Part shown: positions 37,879 through 46,791 of the stretch, in pieces
How positions within the stretch are numbered: the stretch's first letter is position 1
Layout of the letters: every line of letters begins with the position of its first letter
Assembly (NCBI GenBank): GCA_050506795.1
Contig: JBJHCF010000008.1
Span: forward strand, 32,001 to 96,000
Origin: Opitutia bacterium
GTDB lineage: Bacteria > Verrucomicrobiota > Verrucomicrobiia > Opitutales > T3Sed10-336
Length of the DNA: 64,000 nt
Direction: 5' to 3'
Translations under genes and position numbers: made by a program
Notes under the pieces: generated by a model
What the model saw: only the letters and a program-made list of their open reading frames with translations
Told to the model about the DNA's origin: nothing
The model's database searches: none

Positions 37879-37926
37879 GTAGAACACGCTTCCAGCGTGT
37901 TGTCTCAGGCTGGAAGCCTAAGCTAC
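37879..37926. repeat. Inverted pair of GTAG-type REP palindromes (second family)
   Basis: GTAGAACACGCTTCCAGCGTGTT / CTCAGGCTGGAAGCCTAAGCTAC. Confidence 0.7.
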
Positions 37927-37982
37927 TTCGAGCCAGCGCCTAAACCGAGTGCCATTTTAACCAACTATCATACCGAAAACAC

Positions 37983-38198
37983 ATGACCACCTACGTTTAC
38001 GAAACCATCCCATCCGACAAAAACGAAGAGCCCAAGCTCTTTGAGATTCAGCAAAGCATGAAAGACGCCCCGCTGACTCGGCACCCCGAAACCGGTGAAC
38101 CCATCCGCCGCGTCATCCTCGGAGGTTACGGCTTGATGAAGTCGGAAGGCGGGGATGCCAACGAAGGCTGCTGCGGCCCGAGCTGCGGCTGCCACTAA
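37983..38198 (+). CDS. FmdB-like small protein with a Cys-rich tail
   Basis: M.TYVYE...FEI.QSM.D.PLT.HPETG.P.RRVI.GG; tail GCCGPSCGCH. Confidence 0.8.
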   Translation: MTTYVYETIPSDKNEEPKLFEIQQSMKDAPLTRHPETGEPIRRVILGGYGLMKSEGGDANEGCCGPSCGCH

Positions 38199-38239
38199 TC
38201 AAGAAAACGGGAGTGTTGGAGGATTGGAGTGTTCGCGTT

Positions 38240-39307
38240 ATGAAGAAAAACAAGCCTGTCGGAATCAGTTTCTTTGAAAAGAACCTCACCGTCTGGGTCG
38301 CTCTGTGTATGGTTGCGGGTGTTCTAATCGGAAAGTTTCTTCCCGGAATCCCTCAATTTCTGAGCCGATTCGAATACGCGCAAGTGTCGATTCCGATCGC
38401 CGTCCTGATCTGGTTGATGATCTACCCGATGATGATGAAGGTGGATTTCACCAGCATCAAGAATGTGCGCAAGGAACCCCGCGGGCTTTATGTTACCTGG
38501 ACGGTCAACTGGTTGATCAAGCCGTTCACCATGTTTGCGATTGCGGCCTTTTTCTTCTACTTTCTATTCAAGGCCTGGATTCCGCATGAACTGGCCCGGG
38601 ATTATCTCGCCGGAGCCGTTATCCTTGGCGCGGCGCCCTGCACGGCCATGGTCTTTGTCTGGAGCCACCTGACGAGGGGAAACCCCGCCTACACGGTCGT
38701 CCAGGTCGCGACCAATGACTTGATCATTCTTGTCGCTTTCGTGCCCATCGTGGTTCTTCTCCTGGGAATTGGCGGGGTCAGTATCCCCTGGGACACGCTG
38801 TTGCTCTCGGTCGTCCTTTTCGTGGTTATTCCTTTGGCCGGCGGAATCTGGACCCGGAGAGCCGTGATCAAACGCAAGGGTGAGGCGTATTTCCACCAGC
38901 GGTTCATCACCAAGTTCAACAACGTTACCATCATTGGTCTCCTCCTGACCCTTGTCCTCATCTTCTCATTCCAAGGGGACGTCATTCTCGGAAATCCGCT
39001 CCATATTCTCCTGATTGCGATTCCTCTGATCATTCAAACCTTCCTGATCTTTTTCATCGCGTACTTTGTCAGTAAAAAACTGCGGATCTGTCATGATGTC
39101 GCCGCACCCGCGGGCATGATCGGCGCCTCGAATTTCTTCGAACTGGCTGTGGCGGTAGCCATCACGATCTTCGGCGCTTCATCCCCTGTGGTTTTGGTCA
39201 CGATCGTCGGCGTGTTGGTCGAAGTTCCGGTGATGCTGGCGCTGGTCAAGATCGCCAACCGGACGAAGCACTGGTTCCCCGCCAGAGAAAGAGCACAACC
39301 CGAATAG
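38240..39307 (+). CDS. acr3: ACR3 family arsenite efflux transporter
   Basis: MIYPMM, VNWLIKPF, GAAPCTAMVFVWS, GASNFFELAVA, LVEVPVM. Confidence 0.95.
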   Translation: MKKNKPVGISFFEKNLTVWVALCMVAGVLIGKFLPGIPQFLSRFEYAQVSIPIAVLIWLMIYPMMMKVDFTSIKNVRKEPRGLYVTWTVNWLIKPFTMFAIAAFFFYFLFKAWIPHELARDYLAGAVILGAAPCTAMVFVWSHLTRGNPAYTVVQVATNDLIILVAFVPIVVLLLGIGGVSIPWDTLLLSVVLFVVIPLAGGIWTRRAVIKRKGEAYFHQRFITKFNNVTIIGLLLTLVLIFSFQGDVILGNPLHILLIAIPLIIQTFLIFFIAYFVSKKLRICHDVAAPAGMIGASNFFELAVAVAITIFGASSPVVLVTIVGVLVEVPVMLALVKIANRTKHWFPARERAQPE

Positions 39308-39338
39308 ATGCAAACCCCATCCAGAAAGGACATTTCCC

Positions 39339-40214
39339 ATGTTTAAGCGTTTTATTGTCGCAACCGACCTTTCCCCCGCCTCATTCGCCGTGGTAGGTTG
39401 TCTCGGCGCATTACGGGCCTACGGCGCGGAGCAATGCCTGCTCCTGCAATGCCTTACCTATCAAGAGGCGGCTTCGACGGCCCTGTCCTACCATACGGAA
39501 CCGATCGAAGGAATGTTGCGGGAGCAAAAAGAAGTCCTCGAAAAGGAGGGGTTCGCGGTGGAAGCCAGAACCGTCGTCGGTTCCCCCAAACAGGAAGTGA
39601 CCCGAATTGCGAGCGAGGAGGATTACTCCCTGATTGTGGTTGGAGCACAGGGACACTCCCTAATGGCCGAAAGACTCCTGGGGGGCGTTGCCTATGGCAT
39701 CATCCACAACGCAAAAAAACCGGTCATGGTGGTGCCGGTCGAAAATAAACCGGGCGAAGAGGATGGTTGCGAGCCCATCGCCCACTGCGGCTTCAACGAT
39801 CATGTCTTATTCGCCACCGATTTTTCGGAGATGGCTGACAACGCGTTCACCTTTGTCGAGCAACTGGTTGCCAACGGGGCGGGAAAGGTGACGCTGGTCC
39901 ACGTTCAGGACAAGGTGAAGCTGGAAAAACACCTCAAGGAACGCCTGGAGGAATTCAACAGGATCGATCAAGGTCGCCTGGAGGAGCTAAAAGAAAGGCT
40001 GCTGAAAAAGGGCAGCCCTGAGATTGAGATCGAGATCCGCTATGGGAAGCCTTTTGCAGAGATCACCCGTCTGATCCGGGAACGCAACGCGCAGCTTGTC
40101 GTCATGGGAACTCAAGGACGCAGCTTTGCGGGTGAACTCTTCCTGGGCAGTGTCAGCCACAACGTTGCCCGTTCCTCGGTCGCTCCGGTACTGCTGATTC
40201 CAGCAGTTCGGTAA
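39339..40214 (+). CDS. Universal stress protein (tandem USP domains)
   Basis: VATD.S twice, LIVVGAQG, MGTQGRS...LGSVS. Confidence 0.9.
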   Translation: MFKRFIVATDLSPASFAVVGCLGALRAYGAEQCLLLQCLTYQEAASTALSYHTEPIEGMLREQKEVLEKEGFAVEARTVVGSPKQEVTRIASEEDYSLIVVGAQGHSLMAERLLGGVAYGIIHNAKKPVMVVPVENKPGEEDGCEPIAHCGFNDHVLFATDFSEMADNAFTFVEQLVANGAGKVTLVHVQDKVKLEKHLKERLEEFNRIDQGRLEELKERLLKKGSPEIEIEIRYGKPFAEITRLIRERNAQLVVMGTQGRSFAGELFLGSVSHNVARSSVAPVLLIPAVR

Positions 40215-40232
40215 AGCGAGAGCCTACGGGAA

Positions 40233-43184
40233 TTAATTTCCCTCATTGCGGCTTCCCTCCTTCCCGCGGGCCGCGATATTGCACGTATCATGGAGGGCGC
40301 CCGATGTGTAGCGGCGCATCCTCTCCTTCCATTGCCCGGGGATCCGCTCATCCACCCGGGCGAAGAGGTTTACGGGAGTACCGCTCCCTTCGCGAATCAG
40401 CTGCAGTGCCGTGGTCAACTGCAGCACTGTGCCGCGAATGATATCATTCAGGATCTGCGCTTCCTCCGAGTTGTGACTCCCGCCGTAGCTTCGCTCGATC
40501 ATCAGGACCTGACCCGACTCTTCAAGATTGAGCGGTCGGAGCTTTTGACGGATCTCTCCGCGGATCTCCACACCAAATTCATCCTCGATCTCCAAAACGA
40601 TCCCTGTGATCCGATCGCGAAAGGCATCGATGGTATCCTGGCTTTCCGCCCGTAAATCGATGGAAAGGTGGGCTTGTCGAAAGAAGTTGCTGTAGCTGAC
40701 ATCCTCCACCCGGCGCAGCCCAACCCCCTCTCCTCCGGAGGCGACGCGGCGGGCAAGCGTTCCATAGATGTAGCCCTCCAGTCCGCTCTGCAGTTCCTCG
40801 CGCTCCTCCTCCGTCAGAGCCGGACCTTCCACCGCAAGGGAAACGCTCGCGCGCCCCGGGATGACATTCCGGTTGATTCCCGGCTCAAGATGGATGTTGT
40901 TAACGTTCGGTCGCAGGGTCCCGATCCCGGCCCGCGTGCGCTCCGCATTGATGACCGCGACGCGCTCGCGAAACTCGCCGGCCAGGCGCGCGATCGCCAC
41001 ACCAGCATCGCGCCGATCCATCGTCCTTGTGGCCCCGGCATGGTTGAGCTCGCCTGAAAGCGTCCAGCGAGTGACCAGGGCGGGATCTTCGTTCCACTCC
41101 GGAAGCCCATCCCCCTGGAGAATGCCGACTGTGATCCGGACGTTCTCGAAGGCCTCCTCCAGTGCCAGGGCTCGCAATCTGCGATTCATCTCGAGGCCGG
41201 CCTCGTCCGACCGCTCCCCCTCGAAACCGAAGTCCTCCTGGTGGATCCCCATCACGGTACCCACCGGGACCATGGGAACTCCGGCGCGATCGAGATCGGG
41301 GCCCTGTTCGATATGCCTTTCGTAAGTATGCGGCGTATAGAACTCTCCGGGTTGGAAGCAGGCGGCAAGGAGCCCGTCGCTGTCGCCTGCTTTCACTCCT
41401 TTCAGATCGCACGCAAGATCGATTCTGCCTTCACTCTGGAGATCGCGCAAACCCTCGAGAACCGCCACCAGCTTCTCGCCAAAACGGTTCCCGTCGCCAT
41501 CGGTCATTCCATAAATGGTTTCGAGCGACGCACGTCCGGTCACGGCCGCGCTGCCGGGCATGGAGACCCCACCGCCCGTAAAGCTCATCTCTTCGCCGAT
41601 GAACGCGCTCACACAAATCCGGGGCCCGTCTCCCGATGGGACCAGATCCAGTTCGAGATAGGTTCTTAGATCGTTCAGCGTGTGCGCCACTTCGATACCG
41701 GAGGCGACCCCGAGACGCCCATCGAACATACCACCGTCCAGGACCGTATCGATATGTGAACAGAATGAAATCGCCCCATCCATCAGATCGGAGAACCGAA
41801 CCCGCCCCTGGCGCAGCGCTTCCCGGTCGTCTTCTGAAAGAAGCATTCCGTGAATACTGCCGGCCCGGTCCACCGCCACTGTCAGGCCCGCACGATTCAT
41901 CTGACGGATGGTCTCCACACTCGCACGGAAAAATCCGGGCGTCAGCGCCCGTGCGTCGATCCTGCCTTCGGAATCGAGCGACACCTTTGCCAGTTGATCG
42001 ATTCGCCGCCGCAGACGAACCCCGAGTCCGCGAGCCTGGGAAAGCTCTTCGCTGGATTGCAGGTAGTGGAGCAGATCGTTTCCCTTGCGCAGTTCCCCTT
42101 CGATATCCCGGAGTGTCGCATAATAGGCGACAGTTACCGCCACCTCCGCGAGGGGTTCGAGCTGTTCGCTCGACCAGGCGGCATCCTCTTGAACCACCCG
42201 GTGCACATCGCTCTCATCGATCGGAACGCGAAGCCGCGCTTCGATCGCGGCACAATCCGCCGAACGGCTCTCCCGTGAGCGAACGAGCTCCCGCGTAAGC
42301 GTGCGAAAGGGATCGCCCCGTCCGGTATACATCCGCTGCATCCGATCGTGTTGCTCATCGCCGCCCAGAATGTTGTTGGCATAGGTCCAGGTTGCCGGAT
42401 CGCCGATGCTTCCACGTTCGGCGCCACAGAGCGCCCGAACGATCGCCGCATGCCCTTCCACGGAAAGCTCCTCGAGATCCACCTCATTCAAGGTGCATCC
42501 CTCCCCGAGCAGCGCTTCGACCTCTCTTCGTTGAGTCGCGGTCAGATACCGTTCATCGAGAATCAGGTGTCCGAGAAGGGGCGCCTCAAGAAGCAGGCAT
42601 TCGGGTGCGTTCAAAAGTTCCCGCATCTCCAGGGGAGGAAAGAGACGATCGGTTTCCAGGGTCGGATCTATGACCCGGTCGACAACCCGGCCATTCTCTT
42701 CATCCCAGAAGCGAAGAACGGGATAGACATGGCTCCGCGCCACGGCGAACTGAACACGGGGCGCGTGATGCAGAACAAACGGCCCCGTAAGAATCCGGTC
42801 CCCTTCGATCTCCAGCCCCGGGCAACTGTCGGAGAAAAGCCGGCGCAGGACCGGATCGGTCAAATCCGCCTTCTCGCAGAGAGAGTTGGGAACAACGATC
42901 GCATGCTCCCGCTCTCGCCAGTCCTCTTCGGCCAGTGCCTCCGGCGACATATCCCGCTCCATCGCCAGACCCCGCCAGATCGCGTAAGGCGGGATTTCCA
43001 GGGCGAGCAGATGATCGATAATCATGCTGGCGCGCTTTCCGCAACCGTATTCAGATATCGAGTACGGGAGCGCCAGGTAGGCGAGAATCAAATCAAGAAC
43101 CGCCCCACTCTGCGAAAGGAGGGGGAAGCCGGTGGATCCGTCCCGCTCAATGGAAACAGACAAAGTTTCTCTTTCAGGTATCAC
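40233..43184 (-). CDS. Fusion of a protein-glutaminase-like Cys-His-Asp domain and an M20 (allantoate/N-carbamoyl amidohydrolase-like) Zn hydrolase
   Basis: N-terminal YGCGKRA..SHVYPV..VIDPTL; C-terminal SHIDTV..GG.FDGRLGV, GEE, ERHIEQGP, NHAGAT, NVIPG, GGSHN, SGALHD. Confidence 0.75.
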   Translation of the reverse strand: MIPERETLSVSIERDGSTGFPLLSQSGAVLDLILAYLALPYSISEYGCGKRASMIIDHLLALEIPPYAIWRGLAMERDMSPEALAEEDWREREHAIVVPNSLCEKADLTDPVLRRLFSDSCPGLEIEGDRILTGPFVLHHAPRVQFAVARSHVYPVLRFWDEENGRVVDRVIDPTLETDRLFPPLEMRELLNAPECLLLEAPLLGHLILDERYLTATQRREVEALLGEGCTLNEVDLEELSVEGHAAIVRALCGAERGSIGDPATWTYANNILGGDEQHDRMQRMYTGRGDPFRTLTRELVRSRESRSADCAAIEARLRVPIDESDVHRVVQEDAAWSSEQLEPLAEVAVTVAYYATLRDIEGELRKGNDLLHYLQSSEELSQARGLGVRLRRRIDQLAKVSLDSEGRIDARALTPGFFRASVETIRQMNRAGLTVAVDRAGSIHGMLLSEDDREALRQGRVRFSDLMDGAISFCSHIDTVLDGGMFDGRLGVASGIEVAHTLNDLRTYLELDLVPSGDGPRICVSAFIGEEMSFTGGGVSMPGSAAVTGRASLETIYGMTDGDGNRFGEKLVAVLEGLRDLQSEGRIDLACDLKGVKAGDSDGLLAACFQPGEFYTPHTYERHIEQGPDLDRAGVPMVPVGTVMGIHQEDFGFEGERSDEAGLEMNRRLRALALEEAFENVRITVGILQGDGLPEWNEDPALVTRWTLSGELNHAGATRTMDRRDAGVAIARLAGEFRERVAVINAERTRAGIGTLRPNVNNIHLEPGINRNVIPGRASVSLAVEGPALTEEEREELQSGLEGYIYGTLARRVASGGEGVGLRRVEDVSYSNFFRQAHLSIDLRAESQDTIDAFRDRITGIVLEIEDEFGVEIRGEIRQKLRPLNLEESGQVLMIERSYGGSHNSEEAQILNDIIRGTVLQLTTALQLIREGSGTPVNLFARVDERIPGQWKERMRRYTSGALHDTCNIAARGKEGSRNEGN

Positions 43185-43251
43185 AACGTCGTCTCAATCG
43201 TTTATCCCGGGCCCATCATTGAACCGGCCGGCCACTTCCGAGGCGCTAAGG

Positions 43252-43371
43252 TCACGGTCGTAGATCGCGACCTCGTGAAACACCCCGGTAATCCTTCCCG
43301 GCCAGTTCGGCGAATGTGAAGAAGGCGGCAAATGCACTGAGGGCAACCAGGATAGGGAAAAGCTTTTTCAT
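43252..43371 (-). CDS. Possible 39-aa small protein with a signal-peptide-like N-terminus
   Basis: MKKLFPILVALSAFAAFFTFAELAGKDYRGVSRGRDLRP*; lies downstream of an ECF motif. Confidence 0.35.
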   Translation of the reverse strand: MKKLFPILVALSAFAAFFTFAELAGKDYRGVSRGRDLRP

Positions 43372-43459
43372 TGTTCTGAATCCCGTATTATTTCAGATGA
43401 AAATCCACGTCAAGTATCGCGTCCCGAGCAGAAGCCTGCAGCAGCCCAAACGTGGGAAC

Positions 43460-43484
43460 GACGAACGGGCGCGACCGTTATTCC
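43460..43484 (-). promoter_or_regulatory. ECF-type promoter GGAAT-N16-CGTC
   Basis: GGAAT aacggtcgcgcccgtt CGTC, facing the sORF and the M20 fusion gene. Confidence 0.6.
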
Positions 43485-43523
43485 CCTTTTGGCTCAACCG
43501 AGGGGCATCCTGGCCAGGCTCGC

Positions 43524-43889
43524 TCATTCTTGCGGCCGGATCTCTCTTCCGGTGGGAGATATCACAATCTCTTCGAATGCAAATTGCCGTCCGGGATTCG
43601 CAATAAGTTCCAGCGTCCAGTGAATGGCGATAAGCTTCCCGGAGAAGCTGTAAGGTCCACGGGGAAGGTAAACGCTGAAGGGACGACTCTCGTGAGCCGC
43701 CGGATTTTCAAACGGAATACTGCGTACGATTTCCGCTTCTGGATCGCCTTTCCCTTCCGTGTACCAAAGGAGATTCAGGAAAATCGTTTCCGGCGCCTCA
43801 TTGAATTCCCAGGACACCGTTCCCTCGACTTTTTCACAGGGGTTAAAGGCACGCCGCTCATCCGCAAACTGTATGCTCAATTTCCCCAT
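43524..43889 (-). CDS. Hypothetical protein (arrestin/SpoOM-like beta-sandwich suspected)
   Basis: L.W.T.GKG, LP.GPYSFSGKLI.I.W; coupled to the upstream gene. Confidence 0.7.
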   Translation of the reverse strand: MGKLSIQFADERRAFNPCEKVEGTVSWEFNEAPETIFLNLLWYTEGKGDPEAEIVRSIPFENPAAHESRPFSVYLPRGPYSFSGKLIAIHWTLELIANPGRQFAFEEIVISPTGREIRPQE

Positions 43890-43890
43890 G

Positions 43891-44880
43891 TCACACGACC
43901 TCCTTTGGGAGGATTATGATGCGAAAAGACTCATCCAGGTCGGCCGAGCGCGAAATCTTTCCCTGAAACTGAAAATCCCACAGGACCTTTTTGTTGTGCC
44001 AGTCGAAAGTGGGCATCGTGTCGGACGGTATATCGATCCAAAGGTTTCCCTCCGCAATCGCGAGACGGTCGGACGCTTCGTAGACGAGCATGGAATAAAA
44101 CGTGGACGTCACCGTAGTCAGCTCACTCGCCCCCTTGTACGTTACCTCCTCGATCCCCCTGAGTCTGACTTGCAGCGATTCCATCCGGTCGATGCGACCG
44201 TTGATGACCCAGGTCAGTCTCAGTTTGTCGCCAAGCGGGACTGCCTTCGAGCTTACCGTGACCTCGGGACGGGGGTTGAACAGGATTAGAAAATTGTAAA
44301 CGAGAGTGATCAGACAGAAAACCCCGATCCCCACGAGTACAATGCCGGATAGGCCAAACAAGAGCATCCCCTGGGTATCACCGTCCCGCCACTTCCCCAT
44401 GAGAAAGGTCAACTGTACAACCGCAAGGCCCACAAAGAATACCGTAATGACCAATACAATAACAAAAATGAACAATCGATTTCGCCCGAATTTGAGTCTT
44501 GTCTCCTGAAGGTCGGCTTTGCCCACCCTGGGCAGCCCCTGCACGGCCTCGCTCCTCAATCTGGCCGTCCCTCCACGCTCCGCCTCGGTTCCCTCAAAAA
44601 CCGGCGCCCAATCCTTCTGCCTCGCGTAGCGGGTGCCGCGCGCCGCCAGGTAAATCGGAATGCCCCCAAGCAGCATGAAGAAAAGGGCGAGGAGGGTGAG
44701 AACAAGGGACGTTGAATATTCGCTTAACAGCAGCACAACTCCGCCCCCTGTCATCATCACTCCAACGGCCAGTACCAAAAGCCGTTCCAGTAAACTCACC
44801 CGGCCGCCGGCCCATGCGGATATGGGTTTGGATGGGGTCTCTCCTCCTCCCGGTCCTTTGGCTGATTCGTGCCCGTCCAT
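43891..44880 (-). CDS. Hypothetical membrane protein with a C-terminal beta-sandwich
   Basis: Four hydrophobic segments; start ATG 44880. Confidence 0.7.
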   Translation of the reverse strand: MDGHESAKGPGGGETPSKPISAWAGGRVSLLERLLVLAVGVMMTGGGVVLLLSEYSTSLVLTLLALFFMLLGGIPIYLAARGTRYARQKDWAPVFEGTEAERGGTARLRSEAVQGLPRVGKADLQETRLKFGRNRLFIFVIVLVITVFFVGLAVVQLTFLMGKWRDGDTQGMLLFGLSGIVLVGIGVFCLITLVYNFLILFNPRPEVTVSSKAVPLGDKLRLTWVINGRIDRMESLQVRLRGIEEVTYKGASELTTVTSTFYSMLVYEASDRLAIAEGNLWIDIPSDTMPTFDWHNKKVLWDFQFQGKISRSADLDESFRIIILPKEVV

Positions 44881-45040
44881 TGATTGCTTCCTTTGATCCC
44901 CGCAGCCATCGAAATCCAGGTGAGGGGTATTCCAAACACACCGGCAACCGATCTGAAAGCGAGCAATTGGCGCCCACAATTTGAGAGTAACACCGGTACC
45001 GAGTCAACGCTTCTCATTTCGGCCCTTTGACAGAAACCAG

Positions 45041-45065
45041 GGAATAACCCATGCCCCGACTCGTC
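45041..45065 (+). promoter_or_regulatory. ECF-type promoter GGAAT-N16-CGTC (glycosyltransferase)
   Basis: GGAAT aacccatgccccgact CGTC. Confidence 0.65.
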
Positions 45066-45140
45066 GAAGTGCAGCAAGTGCGGCGGCACGGAATAGGTAT
45101 CGCCGGCACCGGGTTTATCCTGCAATCTCCCTCCATCGAC

Positions 45141-45791
45141 ATGCCAGTTCCCTCCGTCCTGCTATTCCTTAAGAGTCCGGTACCGGGCTATGTCAAAACA
45201 CGACTGGCCAACGACGTCGGGGACCGAGCCGCCTGCGCTGTGTTCTGCTCCCTGGTCGAACGGCAGGTAGCCGCCCTTCCCCCGGGTTGGCCGCTGGAAA
45301 TCCACTTTGCCCCGGCTGATGCCGAGGCCCGGATTCGCTCATGGATACACGGGGCGGATCGCTACCTGCCGCAGGTCGAAGGCGACCTCGGAGCCCGCCT
45401 GGCGGCGGCCTCGGAGAACGCCTTTCGCCAGGGAACCGAGCCGGTCTTTCTGATCGGCGCCGATTGCCCAAATCTCAATCCCGAAGACTTTTACGCCGCG
45501 CTCGATTCCCTGGCCTCCGGTTGCGACGCCGTGTTCGGTCCCGCGCGGGACGGCGGTTACTACCTGCTCGCGCTCAAGCGTCACACGCCCGAACTCTTTC
45601 GACAGATTCCTTGGAGTACCTCGGAAGTTCTGAAGCAATCCCTCGACAGAGCCAAACAAGCCGAAGTGCAAACCGCCCTCCTCGAGGTGAAAGAGGACAT
45701 CGACGATATAAGCTCGCTCCGCCGCAGTCAGCCAACCTTGACGGACCTGCTGCTGAAGAACTACCGGTCCATGCATAAATCCCTTCGGTGA
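45141..45791 (+). CDS. TIGR04282/DUF2064 family (arsenosugar-associated) glycosyltransferase
   Basis: F.K.P.PG.VKTRLA, Q..GDLG.RL, IGADCP, GPA.DGGYYL, IPWST, DIDD. Confidence 0.85.
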   Translation: MPVPSVLLFLKSPVPGYVKTRLANDVGDRAACAVFCSLVERQVAALPPGWPLEIHFAPADAEARIRSWIHGADRYLPQVEGDLGARLAAASENAFRQGTEPVFLIGADCPNLNPEDFYAALDSLASGCDAVFGPARDGGYYLLALKRHTPELFRQIPWSTSEVLKQSLDRAKQAEVQTALLEVKEDIDDISSLRRSQPTLTDLLLKNYRSMHKSLR

Positions 45792-45800
45792 CGGAATCAT

Positions 45801-46577
45801 CTACGACTCGAAACGGTAGATAAAATTCTCGAACGAAAACCCTTCGTCCGGTTCGACGAGGCGCTCAATCACTTCTGTGAAAAACGTATTCGCACGGCCC
45901 AGATTCTTCTGGAGAGTCTCTACGGGAGTCGGTGTCTCGCCAATGCCGTTGGCGTAATCCACACCGAAGCCCACCAAGGCATAAGGCAGTTCCAGCTCGT
46001 TGGCCAGAACGGCTTCCGGACCACAAGTCTGGGAGATAAAATCCACCCCGGCGGCATGCGCCAGCACTCGAATCTCCGCCGCGCTGTTGAAACGCGGTCC
46101 CAAAACGGACCCATATGTTCCGCGCGACGGGTCTCCGAAAAGTTCGCCGGCCAAAGCCCCGACACGCTCGGTAACACCGGGGTGAAAGAAGCTCGAGGCC
46201 AGCAGGTGGCCCCGGTCCGGGGCGCCGGCACGATCGAATATGGTACAGGGCTCGCCGCTTGGAAGCCGGTTCTCGGGGAAGTAGAGGTCTTCCGCCAGAA
46301 GCGGACGGGCCAGCGGCCAGTCCCCCCGCAGCAGCCCACAGACGGAAAGCGAGACCACCGCCGTCGCCCCCGCTTCCTTGAGCGCCAGCAGGTGGGCGCG
46401 ATGGTTGACATGGTGCGGCAGACGTTCGTGGCTGTCGCCATGCCGCGGAAGCACCAATACCTCGCGGCCGCCCGCAGGCCCCGAAAGAACCGTCGTCTCA
46501 CCAAAACGCGTTTTGATCCGTACCCTTTGCAGGCCGGAATAATCGTATAAACCGGAACCGGTAATAAAAGCAAACAT
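45801..46577 (-). CDS. MTAP-family purine nucleoside phosphorylase
   Basis: ITGSGLY, RHG..H...PH.VN.RA, GPRF.S.AE, PEA.LA.E. Confidence 0.85.
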   Translation of the reverse strand: MFAFITGSGLYDYSGLQRVRIKTRFGETTVLSGPAGGREVLVLPRHGDSHERLPHHVNHRAHLLALKEAGATAVVSLSVCGLLRGDWPLARPLLAEDLYFPENRLPSGEPCTIFDRAGAPDRGHLLASSFFHPGVTERVGALAGELFGDPSRGTYGSVLGPRFNSAAEIRVLAHAAGVDFISQTCGPEAVLANELELPYALVGFGVDYANGIGETPTPVETLQKNLGRANTFFTEVIERLVEPDEGFSFENFIYRFES

Positions 46578-46791
46578 ACACGGGATTATATTGTCCGGAT
46601 CAAAAAACTCAAACCGGACAACTCACCGAATATCGTCGAAGGCCACGCACGCGCCGATGGAATCGGGTCAGGACGGGGACAAATCCCTTGAAAAGCGACC
46701 GGCATCCGTCATAGTATTTTCCGTTGTGCCGTCACCTAAAGGCGGATTTTAGTCGTACCGTTTTTGAAAAATCCGAAAAGTAAAACGTACC

